Assembly: GCA_003222395.1 (NCBI GenBank)
Contig: QHWB01000069.1
Coordinates: 9,660-73,659 of the forward strand
From: Acidobacteriota bacterium
GTDB lineage: Bacteria; Acidobacteriota; Vicinamibacteria; Vicinamibacterales; CAVVIG01
Length of the DNA: 64,000 bases
Direction: 5' to 3'
Shown here: piece after piece, positions 52,707-62,525 of the stretch
Numbering within the stretch: position 1 is the first letter of the stretch
Layout of the letters: every line of letters starts with the position of its first letter
Position numbers and translations under genes: made by a program
Notes under the pieces: generated by a model
Seen by the model: the letters and a program-made list of their open reading frames with translations, nothing else
Database searches by the model: none
What the model was told of the DNA's origin: nothing

Positions 52707-53517
52707 CTACTTGTACGACGAGCGGTCCACCGATGCGCCGCGCAGGTACACAGACGAGATCTTCCGCGTGTTGGTCATGTCGTCCAACGGATTCGCATCT
52801 AGCACGATGAAGTCCGCACTGTTATTCGGTTCGATCGTACCCGTGTTGCTCATCCTGAGAAACTGCGCTCCGTTGCTCGTGGCCGCGACGATCACCTGCG
52901 TCGGTCTCATCCCGGCAGCCACCATGTCCGCCATTTCGAAGTGCGGCGCATACGGCGTGTTCCCATCGGTGCCGATTGGCCGCGTTTTCCTGCACTGCTT
53001 TGCGCGCCTCTGCGGTCGTCGTTACCCAGTACGGCGCGGTCGTGCGTCCCGGTTCCGGCGCCGTGATCCCGCGCCCGGCCGTAAAGAACCTCGCCAGGCC
53101 CGGCATCGTTTGCGCACGAAGCTGAAATGACGCGTCCGTCGTGTCCTGACCGAGACTCAGCGCGGCACCGACGCCGAAGTACGCCCTCCTGCGCAGATCG
53201 TCAATGAGCATCTCGCGCGTCTGGCTCAGGTGGGTGTGCGTGTCGATGATCACGGGCATCACCGTCTTACCTGCCAAGTTCACGTGTGTCGCACCCGCGG
53301 GCGCACGTACATCGGCTGCTCTGCCGACCTGCGCGAACCGCGCGCCGTTCACGATGAACGACGCGTTCTCGATCGGCGGACGCGCGTCACCGACGATGAC
53401 ACGAGCGCCTTCGAAGACCGTGACGCCGGTTGCCGGCGTCTGTCCGAAGGCTGCCACTGCCGACGCCGCAATGACTGTCGGGGCGAGAAGTTTCACTCGT
53501 TGCACCAGCCCCTCCAC
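52707..53517 (-). pseudogene. Amidohydrolase family protein with internal deletion
   Basis: LAGKTVMPVIIDTHTH N-terminus joined to ADMVAAGMRP...ATSNGA...GTIEP...ADFIVLDANPL C-terminus; middle missing. Confidence 0.8.
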
Positions 53518-53874
53518 GGCGCGAACTGTATCAGGGATTGCACGGGGTGGAGCAAGCGGCTTCGACCTTGAGCAGGTCGCCGTCCGTAATCCCTTTTTCG
53601 GCGACCGTCGCGACGGCGGTATGCCGCCCAGTGGCAGCCACTACGACGTTTTCGGTTGGGACACTGCGCGCGATGATAAGTAACGCTTTCGGGCCGAGCG
53701 GATTTTCGATCGGTTCGAGCCGGCACGTCTCGTCGTCGAAATAGTCTGGCGTACTCAAGCACGACCGCTGAAACGAGGCGTGGCAATGAGCCGAAGACTG
53801 GCGGAGGTGCACTGTGAGACTGCGGACCACACTCACCGTTGTCATGACCGGTGTTGGGGCGATCCAAGCGGATT

Positions 53875-54282
53875 TCAGAAATCAGGCGGGGGAGGCGCGT
53901 TATTGCCGTCCCAATCTTTGACGGTTCCATCCTTGGCCTTCAGAAACCCCAGAAGACAGCCGTTGGAGCCGTCCCGTAGATGATGACACCGCGCTTTGAC
54001 GGTGTCGCCCGGTTTGACGTAGTCGGGCGTGACTCCTATTCTTTGGAGGCCTGTGCGGCTCGTTGCTTCCAATGCCCACATTTGAGGCTCACCGTTGGAA
54101 TCCTTCACTTCCAGGTAGATCCAAGAATGCGGGACGACCAAGTGCAGTTCCTTGACCACACCCTCAATATCCATAAACGTGTCGACGTAGTTGCCATGGG
54201 AATGGTGCGCGGACACCGGCAACACGAAGGCCATCGCACAAATCGTCGCGAGCCGAAGACCTGATTTGAACGGCATGTTCAT
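53875..54282 (-). CDS. DUF6152-like secreted protein
   Basis: SAHHSHGNY...EGVVKEL..VVPHSWIYLEV...W.LE...GDTV. Confidence 0.75.
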   Translation of the reverse strand: MNMPFKSGLRLATICAMAFVLPVSAHHSHGNYVDTFMDIEGVVKELHLVVPHSWIYLEVKDSNGEPQMWALEATSRTGLQRIGVTPDYVKPGDTVKARCHHLRDGSNGCLLGFLKAKDGTVKDWDGNNAPPPPDF

Positions 54283-54316
54283 TCTCCTCGTCCAGGCCCT
54301 GACCTTACTGCTGCCT

Positions 54317-54973
54317 TCAGCGCTTGACGCGCGGGGGCGTCGGGAATCCGTTGGAGTAGACAGACTGATAGCGAAGGCCGATTCCATTCTCGTCGATCCA
54401 TCCCAGCGATTGCTGAAACAACCCCGGCTCTGGGTAACCCGCCGGCACGGTGCCCTCGATAATATAGAGCCGGTTCTCGTGCATGTAGATCCCGGCAAAG
54501 GTGCGCGACTTATCGGCGTTGTTGGTGAGCTGAAGCTGATGTCCTTCGACGAGGTCGACGGTATTCCAGACAAAGCTCGTCAGCTTGGCGTCACGTTGTA
54601 TCAATCGCCATGATGCATAGATAATTGCTCCTCGTAAGTCAGCTTTCCAGTGCCCCTCATCGCCCGGTGATCCCAAGCAGGGTTCGGCGCCCGCCGGACA
54701 GGACTTGGCTTTTTCGGTGAGAATTCGTCGAGCCTGGTTGTAATCGACCACGGTCACCGAGTAGCGGCTCTGGCCCTGCACGGCGCTATAGACGCGCGCC
54801 GGCAGATCGGCTCCACGCTCGGATCGGTAGGTTATCTCCGTTACCTTCGGCGGGCTCGGGAAGTTGCACGTGAAGCGATCTTCCCGATTGGCAAATTCAA
54901 TCCATTCCTGGGCGAACGAAGCCCCCGACATAGAAAGTACGACGGCTGTTGAGACGAGTGGCGTCAGGCGCAT
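54317..54973 (-). CDS. Secreted hypothetical protein
   Basis: Signal peptide, AQEWIEF...F..NFP..P...ENRLYIIEGTVP...FQQSL. Confidence 0.7.
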   Translation of the reverse strand: MRLTPLVSTAVVLSMSGASFAQEWIEFANREDRFTCNFPSPPKVTEITYRSERGADLPARVYSAVQGQSRYSVTVVDYNQARRILTEKAKSCPAGAEPCLGSPGDEGHWKADLRGAIIYASWRLIQRDAKLTSFVWNTVDLVEGHQLQLTNNADKSRTFAGIYMHENRLYIIEGTVPAGYPEPGLFQQSLGWIDENGIGLRYQSVYSNGFPTPPRVKR

Positions 54974-55025
54974 GATTCGTTGCCCTCCAGCGAAGCTTGC
55001 TTCGCGCACCACACGTGTTGACGGT

Positions 55026-55976
55026 TCACTGACATCGAATGGCGCCGCTGCCCTCCGTGCCGCCTTTGTCGCGGTAAACCTTGTGGCAGTCTGCACACGC
55101 GTCGTTCAGTTTCTCGCTGATGTCGACGAAGGCCTCGTAATTTCTCGCTCGTGACGTCTGATGCGCGAGCTTGCCGACCTCCACCAATGCTGCAACGTAC
55201 TGCTTCCAATCGGCGCGGTCAACGGGGACGGGCCTGCCGTTCTGACACCGGCGTCCTGGCGTGAGGAAGAGGGGCGCCGTCTCCGTGATCGCAATGGCAG
55301 CCTGATCGACGGCCAACCATCCGGGATAAACCGAGGATCCCCACTCGACGTAATCAAACGGCGAGGAGGCCGGCGATTTTTTCGGCTGAGCAGCGGGATC
55401 CCTGATCTGAAGGTTGAATATGGTATTCGCAGCGGGAAACGCGATGGCTCTCATCAGCTCGGCCAGGTTACCTTCTGGCGGTGGAAGAAACGTGGCAGCG
55501 CCGCTGGCTGCGGGCGCCGGGAGGGTTCGGACCGTGGGAAACGCCACCTGCGCCAGCGTGGCTTCGGTGAGCTCGGCTTGGCCAGCCGGGAACTTTCCGG
55601 CCTGAAGAATGTACGCCGCGAGGTCGGCGGCTTGTTGTCGCGAAAGGCTCACAGGCTGGTTGAAGGGCATCGTCTTCTCGATCTTGTCGATAAGATTCGC
55701 CAGCGGACGCCCGCTCCAGTTCGAGAGGAAACTGTCTCCGACCAGCGGAGGGCCGGTCGTGCCTTCCATCGCCATGCCGTGACATTCGCCGCACTGGACC
55801 TGGTAAACCTGCTGTCCGCGCGCTGCCTGCGCGGCAGAGTACACACCGTCGGTCATCGATCGCAACTGCGGGACCTGCGCCGCAAGCGAAAACACTGCGG
55901 CGGACGCATAGACACATACTGTCACAGCGAGCGCATGGCGAATTGCTGGCCGGCCCAATAGCGTCGGGCGCACCAT
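55026..55976 (-). CDS. Di-heme c-type cytochrome (class I-like CGECH plus C-terminal c'-like CADCH)
   Basis: RBS AGGAG; GVYSAAQAARGQQVY..QCGECHG...MP; LNDACADCHKVYR. Confidence 0.8.
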   Translation of the reverse strand: MVRPTLLGRPAIRHALAVTVCVYASAAVFSLAAQVPQLRSMTDGVYSAAQAARGQQVYQVQCGECHGMAMEGTTGPPLVGDSFLSNWSGRPLANLIDKIEKTMPFNQPVSLSRQQAADLAAYILQAGKFPAGQAELTEATLAQVAFPTVRTLPAPAASGAATFLPPPEGNLAELMRAIAFPAANTIFNLQIRDPAAQPKKSPASSPFDYVEWGSSVYPGWLAVDQAAIAITETAPLFLTPGRRCQNGRPVPVDRADWKQYVAALVEVGKLAHQTSRARNYEAFVDISEKLNDACADCHKVYRDKGGTEGSGAIRCQ

Positions 55977-56221
55977 TTGATTCTCCTGTTCATCGGCGAC
56001 CAGCGCATTGTACGCCGGCAGGACACCGTGAAGGAGGTGTTCGGCGTCAGCCGTGAGGCCTTTGACTCGGCCCGGCGAGAGACCGGCGCACGGGAGGCGA
56101 GCAACGACGGTCCGACCGGCGGCAACAGGCGGCGATAGTTTTCGGGCAAATCCGCCCGCCGCCGTTCCCGCGACGCGATCCGCCCGCGTGGATCCGTTGT
56201 CGGCCCTCAAAGCGGAATAGA

Positions 56222-57136
56222 TCACGCAGTCCGCTTGATCACCACGAGGCTGACATCGTCGGACGGCTTCCCGAAGGCGAGCAGGTCCGCTTTGAGCGAA
56301 TCGAAGATGTGCGCAGCGGTCTGGTGTTTCACTTCCCTGAGCTTCTGTTCGAGGTGCGTCGGGCAATAGTCCTCCTCAGCGCTCCGGTGCTCGACGAGTC
56401 CGTCCGTATGGAGAAGAAGGATGTCCCCTTCTCCCATGAGCACCCACTGGTTCATCTTGTAATCGTCTTTGAAGCCCAGAACGCTCGTCGTCCTCTTGCG
56501 GTCCGTCACGTGGAACGACGGCACCATCCCCAGCGGCGGTGATGAGACGCAGAGATCCTCGCTGACATTCATGAACCGATCGTGCCGGCTGGAGAAGACG
56601 AGCGGAACCGGCTGCGCGGCCGAGAGGAACCGAAACCGCGCGTCGTCCGAGATCTCGCCGTAGATCAGCGAGATGAACTTGTGCTCGGCGGACGACTGGT
56701 AGAACCGCGTGTTCAGATTCTCGAACAGGCGCTTCGTCACGCGGCCGAACATATCCAGCTCGTAGATGGCACCGAGTAGAAACGCCTCGTGAAGCATCGC
56801 CGCAAGCACCGCGTCCGTCGCCCGATGGCCGGAGACGTCGACGACCGCGATTCCGGCTTTCCTCTGGCAGCGCTTCAGGTTCTCGACGATGTCGAGCCGG
56901 CCGTTACGGATGTTGTCCTGGATTCTCGCCTCGAGGTCGAAGCGCTGCTTGAAATCGAGAAAGATCAGGAGGTCGCCGCCCACCGAGCCGTTGAGGGCGA
57001 GCGTGCCTCCATAAATGTCCATTCCGCGAACCAAGGGAAGATCCCCGGGCTTCGGAATCAGATAACTGGCAATCTCCTCGAAATTTTCCAGCTCGCTCGT
57101 GAGCTGACTAATAGGGTCCACGAAATCCGAATGCAT
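56222..57136 (-). CDS. Stand-alone PP2C/SpoIIE-family phosphatase
   Basis: VGGD, AVVDVSGH, LLHTDGLVE, DDVSLVVIK. Confidence 0.85.
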   Translation of the reverse strand: MHSDFVDPISQLTSELENFEEIASYLIPKPGDLPLVRGMDIYGGTLALNGSVGGDLLIFLDFKQRFDLEARIQDNIRNGRLDIVENLKRCQRKAGIAVVDVSGHRATDAVLAAMLHEAFLLGAIYELDMFGRVTKRLFENLNTRFYQSSAEHKFISLIYGEISDDARFRFLSAAQPVPLVFSSRHDRFMNVSEDLCVSSPPLGMVPSFHVTDRKRTTSVLGFKDDYKMNQWVLMGEGDILLLHTDGLVEHRSAEEDYCPTHLEQKLREVKHQTAAHIFDSLKADLLAFGKPSDDVSLVVIKRTA

Positions 57137-57230
57137 GCTCCGCCGTTTCGAAAGAAGTGCGCGCCGTTCGCGCGGCCCCATCGAACGCGAGCGTCAGCGA
57201 CGCGAACTGTTGGTTTTCGGCGTGGCTGAG

Positions 57231-57246
57231 TGCAATGGCGGGACCA
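57231..57246 (-). promoter_or_regulatory. Sigma54-like motif upstream of PP2C
   Basis: TGGTCC-CGCCA-TTGCA (GG-N10-GC). Confidence 0.4.
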
Positions 57247-57622
57247 GCTGCAAAGGGTTCCGACGTCATGCAGAAGATCCTCGAGAGCCTGCATGAAAGG
57301 CATGCAGGGTGCTTACGCGGTTACATCACTTGGCCATCTGGCGGAATCTGCGCGGCGCTGCGGCGTTTTCCTTCACGTGACGCGGCCGTCATCGCCGCAC
57401 CACATGCCTCTTCTATATTCCTCGGACGCGACTCTGTTCATAACATTTGGGAACCCAGCTAATCGATCCGCGCTCTGTCCCCACTGAGGACCTTATCGGC
57501 GGCCACTGGCCGTCGCCCACGTTGTTTCCGGTCGGGACTTGCGCGTCGGAATAATTGCTGGAGTTGAGCGCCGTCAGGCGAAGCCGAGAGAATTCGGTTG
57601 CGCGTCGTGTCGCCGCTGAACG

Positions 57623-57880
57623 CTAACCTTTCGACGGACACGGCTCCTCGGGATGGCAGGTGCAGCGTTCCCGGTGGCAGTAGACCTTGCAGTCCTGCGA
57701 CTCGGATTCGATCGCGTTGCCGTGCTCGTCGAGATGACAATGATATCGGCAGTGACACTCATGCCCGCGCACCTCATTCTTCCGAGGCGCATGGTTCATG
57801 CAGTAATGGTCCGATGGTAAGGTCGATTCCTGTGCCGCGACGCTGAGAACCGCGAAGACTATCAGCAGCAGGCGCTTCAC
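57623..57880 (-). CDS. Small secreted Cys/His-rich protein
   Basis: Signal peptide MKRLLLIVFAVLSVAA; 9 Cys and 9 His in the ~69-aa mature part; GAGAGG upstream. Confidence 0.7.
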   Translation of the reverse strand: MKRLLLIVFAVLSVAAQESTLPSDHYCMNHAPRKNEVRGHECHCRYHCHLDEHGNAIESESQDCKVYCHRERCTCHPEEPCPSKG

Positions 57881-58177
57881 CTTGAACCTCTCAATCCCTC
57901 GTCACTGAATCGCTCCGCCGACCCGCTTGTCGCCTGTTGGAGCAACAACGGTTCCATCTGAGGGCTGCCCGATTTGGTCAACGAATTCGGGCCGGATGTT
58001 ATGGAGAACCGTGGTATATCTGCCTCCGGCGAGAGAAAAGGCGTCGCCTGTGGTTCGCGAGAATCCGATCGCGCGGCAGCGCCAGTTGATCTTGTGCCTG
58101 AATCCCGACAGGATCGCGCATGCTCACGGCTGTGGCCAATGAAAATGCCGCCTGGCGTTCGCTGATACGGCGCTGAG

Positions 58178-59158
58178 ATGGCGGAGATCTCGACGAAGAT
58201 GAAATCCGTGGTTCGACGAACACTATTCCTGTTTCGGGTCCTGGCCGCGCTGAGCTTCGTTCCCACGCTCGTCTCGGGTCAGGCTGCCAGCCGTGCCGCC
58301 CACCCCGGATTCGACGGCATCTGGAATTCCGCCACTGCGACGCCGCTCGAACGCCCCCGGCAGTTCAAGGACAAACCCTTTTTTACTTCCGACGAAGCCG
58401 CCGAGTGGGAGCGCCAGGTCGCTCGAAACAACGAGGAGCGTCCGCCCCAGGCCGGCGCGAAAAACGTCGGCACCGGTACTTACAACACGTTCTTCCGCGA
58501 GTTCGGCACCCGCACCGTCAAGACCCTCCGAACCTCCATCGTGACCGACCCTCCCGACGGCCGCATTCCCGCGCTCACGCCCGCGTCTGCGGAGATCAAG
58601 GGCCGCCGAGTCGAGGCGCAGAAGAACCCCTCGAGCGCTGAAGATACGGGGCTTCAGGATCAATGCTTGGCATTTTCCACAGCGGGGCCGCCCATGCTTC
58701 CGTATTCCTACAACAGCAACTACCAGATTGTTCAGACCAGAGATGCCTTCGTCGTGCATGTGGAGATGAATCACGACGCCAGAATTATTCATCTGGACGG
58801 CCGCCCGCATCTTCCACCGGGTATCAGGCGATGGATGGGTGACTCGGTCGGTCACTGGGTAGCCAACACGCTTGTGGTGGACACGACGAATTTCAACGAC
58901 GGTGGCGGATTCTATGGGGACGCCGGCGGTAACTTCGGCTGGGACCGGAATCTGCATCTAGTCGAGCGATTTAGTCTTTTCGACACCGATACTCTGCTCT
59001 ACCAGTTCGAGATCGATGACGCGACCGCATTCACGCAGCCATGGAAGGGTGAACTGACGATGACGCGGTCGACGGGCCGCATCTACGAATACGCGTGCCA
59101 CGAAGCGAACTACTCGTTGGCGAACATGCTCAGGGGATACCGCGCCGGCGAACGCTGA
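58178..59158 (+). CDS. Conserved secreted hypothetical protein (YEYACHE family)
   Basis: GIW...TPLERP...RTSIVTDPPDGRIP...YNSNYQIVQ...GDSVGHW...LVVDTTNF...YEYACHEANY. Confidence 0.8.
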   Translation: MAEISTKMKSVVRRTLFLFRVLAALSFVPTLVSGQAASRAAHPGFDGIWNSATATPLERPRQFKDKPFFTSDEAAEWERQVARNNEERPPQAGAKNVGTGTYNTFFREFGTRTVKTLRTSIVTDPPDGRIPALTPASAEIKGRRVEAQKNPSSAEDTGLQDQCLAFSTAGPPMLPYSYNSNYQIVQTRDAFVVHVEMNHDARIIHLDGRPHLPPGIRRWMGDSVGHWVANTLVVDTTNFNDGGGFYGDAGGNFGWDRNLHLVERFSLFDTDTLLYQFEIDDATAFTQPWKGELTMTRSTGRIYEYACHEANYSLANMLRGYRAGER

Positions 59159-59180
59159 ACACGGCGCACCTCGCAGCCTG

Positions 59181-59702
59181 TCACGTTTCGTTTCCGATTC
59201 CCGCAACCCGGGTGGGTTTGCGCACCTCCGACAGGATCCATTCGACGATTGCGCCAGGTGACTCCGAGACGTCGACAACAAGCGCGTCGAACGGTTCTTC
59301 CAAAGCCGCAAACTGGCTGGACAACATGTCCACCTTCATGAAATGACTCGCCCGATGCAGCATCCGCGACCGAATGAGCTCGGGAGATCCCTTCAGATAC
59401 ACCCACGTGAGTGGTAGACCGTCCGCGAGAACGCTTCGATACGATTGCTTGAGCGCAGAGCATCCGACAACCAGGTTTTGGCCACGATCGTAGACATCGA
59501 CCATACGAGCATGGATGGCTGAAAGCCAAGGCGCACGGTCGGCGTCTGTCAACGGAATTCCGTGGCTCATCTTCTCGACGTTTGCTCGAGAGTGGAGTGA
59601 ATCTCCTTCGAGATACGGGCAAAGGATCGCGTCGGCCAACATATTGCCGATCGTGGTCTTTCCGGAGCCAGCCACGCCCATCAGCACGACGATCACGGAC
59701 AT
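59181..59702 (-). CDS. gntK: Gluconokinase
   Basis: MGVAGSGKTT, EGDSLH...NVEKM..GIPLTDADRAPWL, CSALKQSYR, HFM...L.SQFAALEEP. Confidence 0.92.
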   Translation of the reverse strand: MSVIVVLMGVAGSGKTTIGNMLADAILCPYLEGDSLHSRANVEKMSHGIPLTDADRAPWLSAIHARMVDVYDRGQNLVVGCSALKQSYRSVLADGLPLTWVYLKGSPELIRSRMLHRASHFMKVDMLSSQFAALEEPFDALVVDVSESPGAIVEWILSEVRKPTRVAGIGNET

Positions 59703-60063
59703 TGCTCTTCAAGAGTTCGCCGTGCCAGAGGCCAGAGGCAAGTATTCCATGGCCGGCGCAGACCTAGACTCGGGCAAGCCGCCCGCCCCTCAACTACTGC
59801 TCGAATTCCTGTCGACCATTCCTCTAACCGTCTGGTACAGCGATTGCGGCGCATCTGGAAGGAGGTGAGCTATGCGCGCGCACGACGACGCCTACAACTC
59901 CCATGTACGGCAACGGCTCCGGAACCTCGCGTTGGACCTGACGGCATCGACCGCGAACGTTGCGGGGTGAGCCGCATGTCACAACCGACAAAGAATGGCA
60001 ATCCACACCTTCTTTGATTTCGAGACGCCGCCTGCGCGTGATTCGTTGATGTCGTCGTCGCGA

Positions 60064-60516
60064 TCAGACCGACGCTCGCTTGTACGTCCCCGTCAGTTCA
60101 CCTTCGGCGAGAATGTGACCGTCCATCGCGTCCATCGCCTCTCGCTTCGACAGTCCCGGCCGTCCGAGTGAATCGACGTCGAGGGCGTATACATGGAAGC
60201 GATAATGATGGGCGCCGTCCTTCGTCGGCGGGCACGGGCCGCCAAAGCCCTTCTTCCCGAAATCGTTCACGCCCGTTTTGCCAATTGACGCGCGTTCGCC
60301 AATCGCGTGCGTTGACGCAGGAAGGTCATAGAGGACCCAGTGCGTGAAGGTGCCAGAAGGCGCGTCAGGATCCTCGCAGATGACCGCGATGCTCTTCGAT
60401 TCCTTGGGCACTCCGCTCAATTCGAGCGGAGGCGGGACGTCCTGTCCATCGCATGTGTACTTCTTGGGAATAGCCGCGCCGTCGGCAAACGCAGACGAAA
60501 TCACCCTGAGTGCCAT
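60064..60516 (-). CDS. YbhB/YbcL PEBP family protein
   Basis: IPKKYTCDG, EDPDAPSGTFTHWV, GPCPP...HHYRF.VYALD. Confidence 0.92.
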   Translation of the reverse strand: MALRVISSAFADGAAIPKKYTCDGQDVPPPLELSGVPKESKSIAVICEDPDAPSGTFTHWVLYDLPASTHAIGERASIGKTGVNDFGKKGFGGPCPPTKDGAHHYRFHVYALDVDSLGRPGLSKREAMDAMDGHILAEGELTGTYKRASV

Positions 60517-60955
60517 AGGTCCTCCGATCAGGCCGCGCGTCCAACCTTCAAGTTGACCTTGTCAACGACCTTTCCATGCTTCACATCAGCTTCTTGTTCT
60601 TTGACCAAGGCTTTCTTTGACATCGCGAAGCGTCTCGGTGGAGCGAGCGATGCCCTGCACGCTGTGTCCTCGAAACTCTTGGGCGATGGACCTCGACCGC
60701 GAGCCTGAGCCGAATCCCGAGAAAGGCCAGAGCTGACGTTCGTCGCGGACACCGCCCCCAACACGGGACATGCTCGCGCACCGACACTTCAAACGCCGCG
60801 GTGGTGCGCCGAACATGGAACCGCACTCGACTCAGCGGAGCGATAGCCGTGGATTCTGAATCGTTACACCGCGACAGCTCCGCCGAATCCAAGCGTCGAG
60901 TGAGACGCGGCCGGATCTGAGGAGCGAAATCAGGTCGGCCGTTCCGATCGCAGGG

Positions 60956-61423
60956 TTACGGACAGGTCGATGCGATCATCTTGACATTGTCGACCTTGAG
61001 CTTTGGCGCATTCGCTGCCGAAGCGGCGGGCGGTTGAGTCGTGCTGGGCGGCTGCTCCGTTGTGCCAGTGATCTCAACCTTGTGGCCCACGTGCGGAGTC
61101 AGCTTCGCGTCATCCGCATCGAGACGATACTCGCTCAACGCCGCTGTGCTCCGTGAGGTCGTCCCGGCGGTTCCAGTCGTTCCACTGGTGCTCATGGCCG
61201 CATTCGTGAGAAGGAACTTGGTCTCACTCGTTCCCCGGTTTGCGGCCGACCTGCCGCTGGTGCCCGTCGTCGCCTGCTCGGCGCGCTGGATACATCCGGT
61301 CACCGTGATGCTTTTTCCGGCGCTGTTCTGTCGGGTCTGCGGCGCGTCTTGTGCTCCCGCAAGCACCGCCGCAAGACCGAAGACCGTCGCTGCACACGTT
61401 CCAGACCAGATTCTTATCTTCAT
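60956..61423 (-). CDS. Secreted Thr/Ser-rich hypothetical protein (paralog of 21259-21747)
   Basis: ITVTGCIQRA...KFLLTN...YRLD...PHVGHKVEITGT...LKVDNVKMIASTCP; RBS AGGAGG. Confidence 0.8.
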   Translation of the reverse strand: MKIRIWSGTCAATVFGLAAVLAGAQDAPQTRQNSAGKSITVTGCIQRAEQATTGTSGRSAANRGTSETKFLLTNAAMSTSGTTGTAGTTSRSTAALSEYRLDADDAKLTPHVGHKVEITGTTEQPPSTTQPPAASAANAPKLKVDNVKMIASTCP

Positions 61424-61460
61424 CGTCCCTCCTGTTGTTCGAAGTTAGGGCTAAAAGACC

Positions 61461-61476
61461 TGCAACTATGGCGCCG
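61461..61476 (-). promoter_or_regulatory. Sigma54 promoter motif
   Basis: CGGCGC-CATAG-TTGCA, about 37 bp upstream of ATG 61423. Confidence 0.55.
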
Positions 61477-61727
61477 TCCGTGGTTCGTTGATTCGCCGTT
61501 CGACCGCACCTTCCGCAGAAGGTGCTCTTTCCCGACGACCACATCCACAGCATCGCGACTGAGCTCGCGGCGTCGGCAAATATCTGACGCTGGAGGTCCG
61601 AAAGGACAAGCGCTCGGGCCGGATCTTCATCGACACGGCGCCCCCGAGCGCGCAAGACGGACGGGGCCATCGCCGCGATGCGAAGAAGAGCAGCAGATGG
61701 CGTCTCACGATGAGATAGTCTACGCCG

Positions 61728-62450
61728 ATGATGATCAAGCAGGCGTCGTTCGCCATGGTCACTCTACTCTGGTCGTCGGCGACGCTGTTCGGCCAGACGA
61801 TGAATACGCTCAGCAATCAGGAGAGGGAGCAGGGTTGGCAGCTCCTCTTCGACGGCAAAACGCTGGCTGGATGGCATGTTTCGGCGGCCCCTGCTCAGGG
61901 CGGCGGCCGAACCGGTCCGGCGCAACCGCCGCAGCCCGGGCAGGTCGGGACGCCGAAGCCCTGTGATCAACGCATCGCTGCTCGATCGGGACCCGCGCCG
62001 GCGCCGGCAGGCGGTTCTCATTGGGAAGTCGTCGATGGATTGTTGACGCCATGCGGCGGGCCGCCCGGCTACCTGACGTCCGATCGAAGCTACAAGAACT
62101 TCGTCCTGTCGATCGAGTTCAAGTGCGATGACGACACGAACAGCGGTGTGTTCGTGCGGTCACCCCAGGAAAACGGCGGCTACGAAGTGCAGATCTGGCG
62201 GCAACAGCCGGCTGGCTACAATACCGGCGCCATTGTCGGAACCGCGAAGACGGCACGCGAGTACGCGTTCAAGGCGAATCAATGGAATCGCTATCAGATC
62301 ACCGCGGACGGCGATCATCTCGTCGTCGAATTGAACGGCGAGACCACGCTCGATATTCATGACACGAGGTTTTCGGAAGGACATCTGCGGCTTCAGTACC
62401 AGCAGTTCCCCATCGCCTTCCGGAACATCAAGATTCGCTCGCTGCCCTGA
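61728..62450 (+). CDS. DUF1080 (3-keto-disaccharide hydrolase-like) protein
   Basis: GWQLLFDGKTLAGW, YKNFVLSIEF, NSGVF, YEVQI, QWN.Y.I...G, I.FRNIKIR. Confidence 0.88.
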   Translation: MMIKQASFAMVTLLWSSATLFGQTMNTLSNQEREQGWQLLFDGKTLAGWHVSAAPAQGGGRTGPAQPPQPGQVGTPKPCDQRIAARSGPAPAPAGGSHWEVVDGLLTPCGGPPGYLTSDRSYKNFVLSIEFKCDDDTNSGVFVRSPQENGGYEVQIWRQQPAGYNTGAIVGTAKTAREYAFKANQWNRYQITADGDHLVVELNGETTLDIHDTRFSEGHLRLQYQQFPIAFRNIKIRSLP

Positions 62451-62525
62451 GCTTCGTTTCAATTCGTGCGGATGAGGCGCTTGTCGATTCGCGCCTCGAC
62501 TCACCCGCTTCTAATGCGTGGATGA

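Noticed and set aside
53531-53845. 104-aa ORF ending in TGA after CSTPCNP as another selenoprotein
   Set aside because: No recognisable family or catalytic context, and no convincing continuation or SECIS.
60528-60624. 31-aa basic ORF MSKKALVKEQ... upstream of the PEBP gene
   Set aside because: Weak RBS and no recognisable motif; could be a gene tail.
61580-61640. LTLEVRKDKRSGRIFIDT resembling a LigD polymerase motif
   Set aside because: Only about 18 residues with no flanking support; too short to call.
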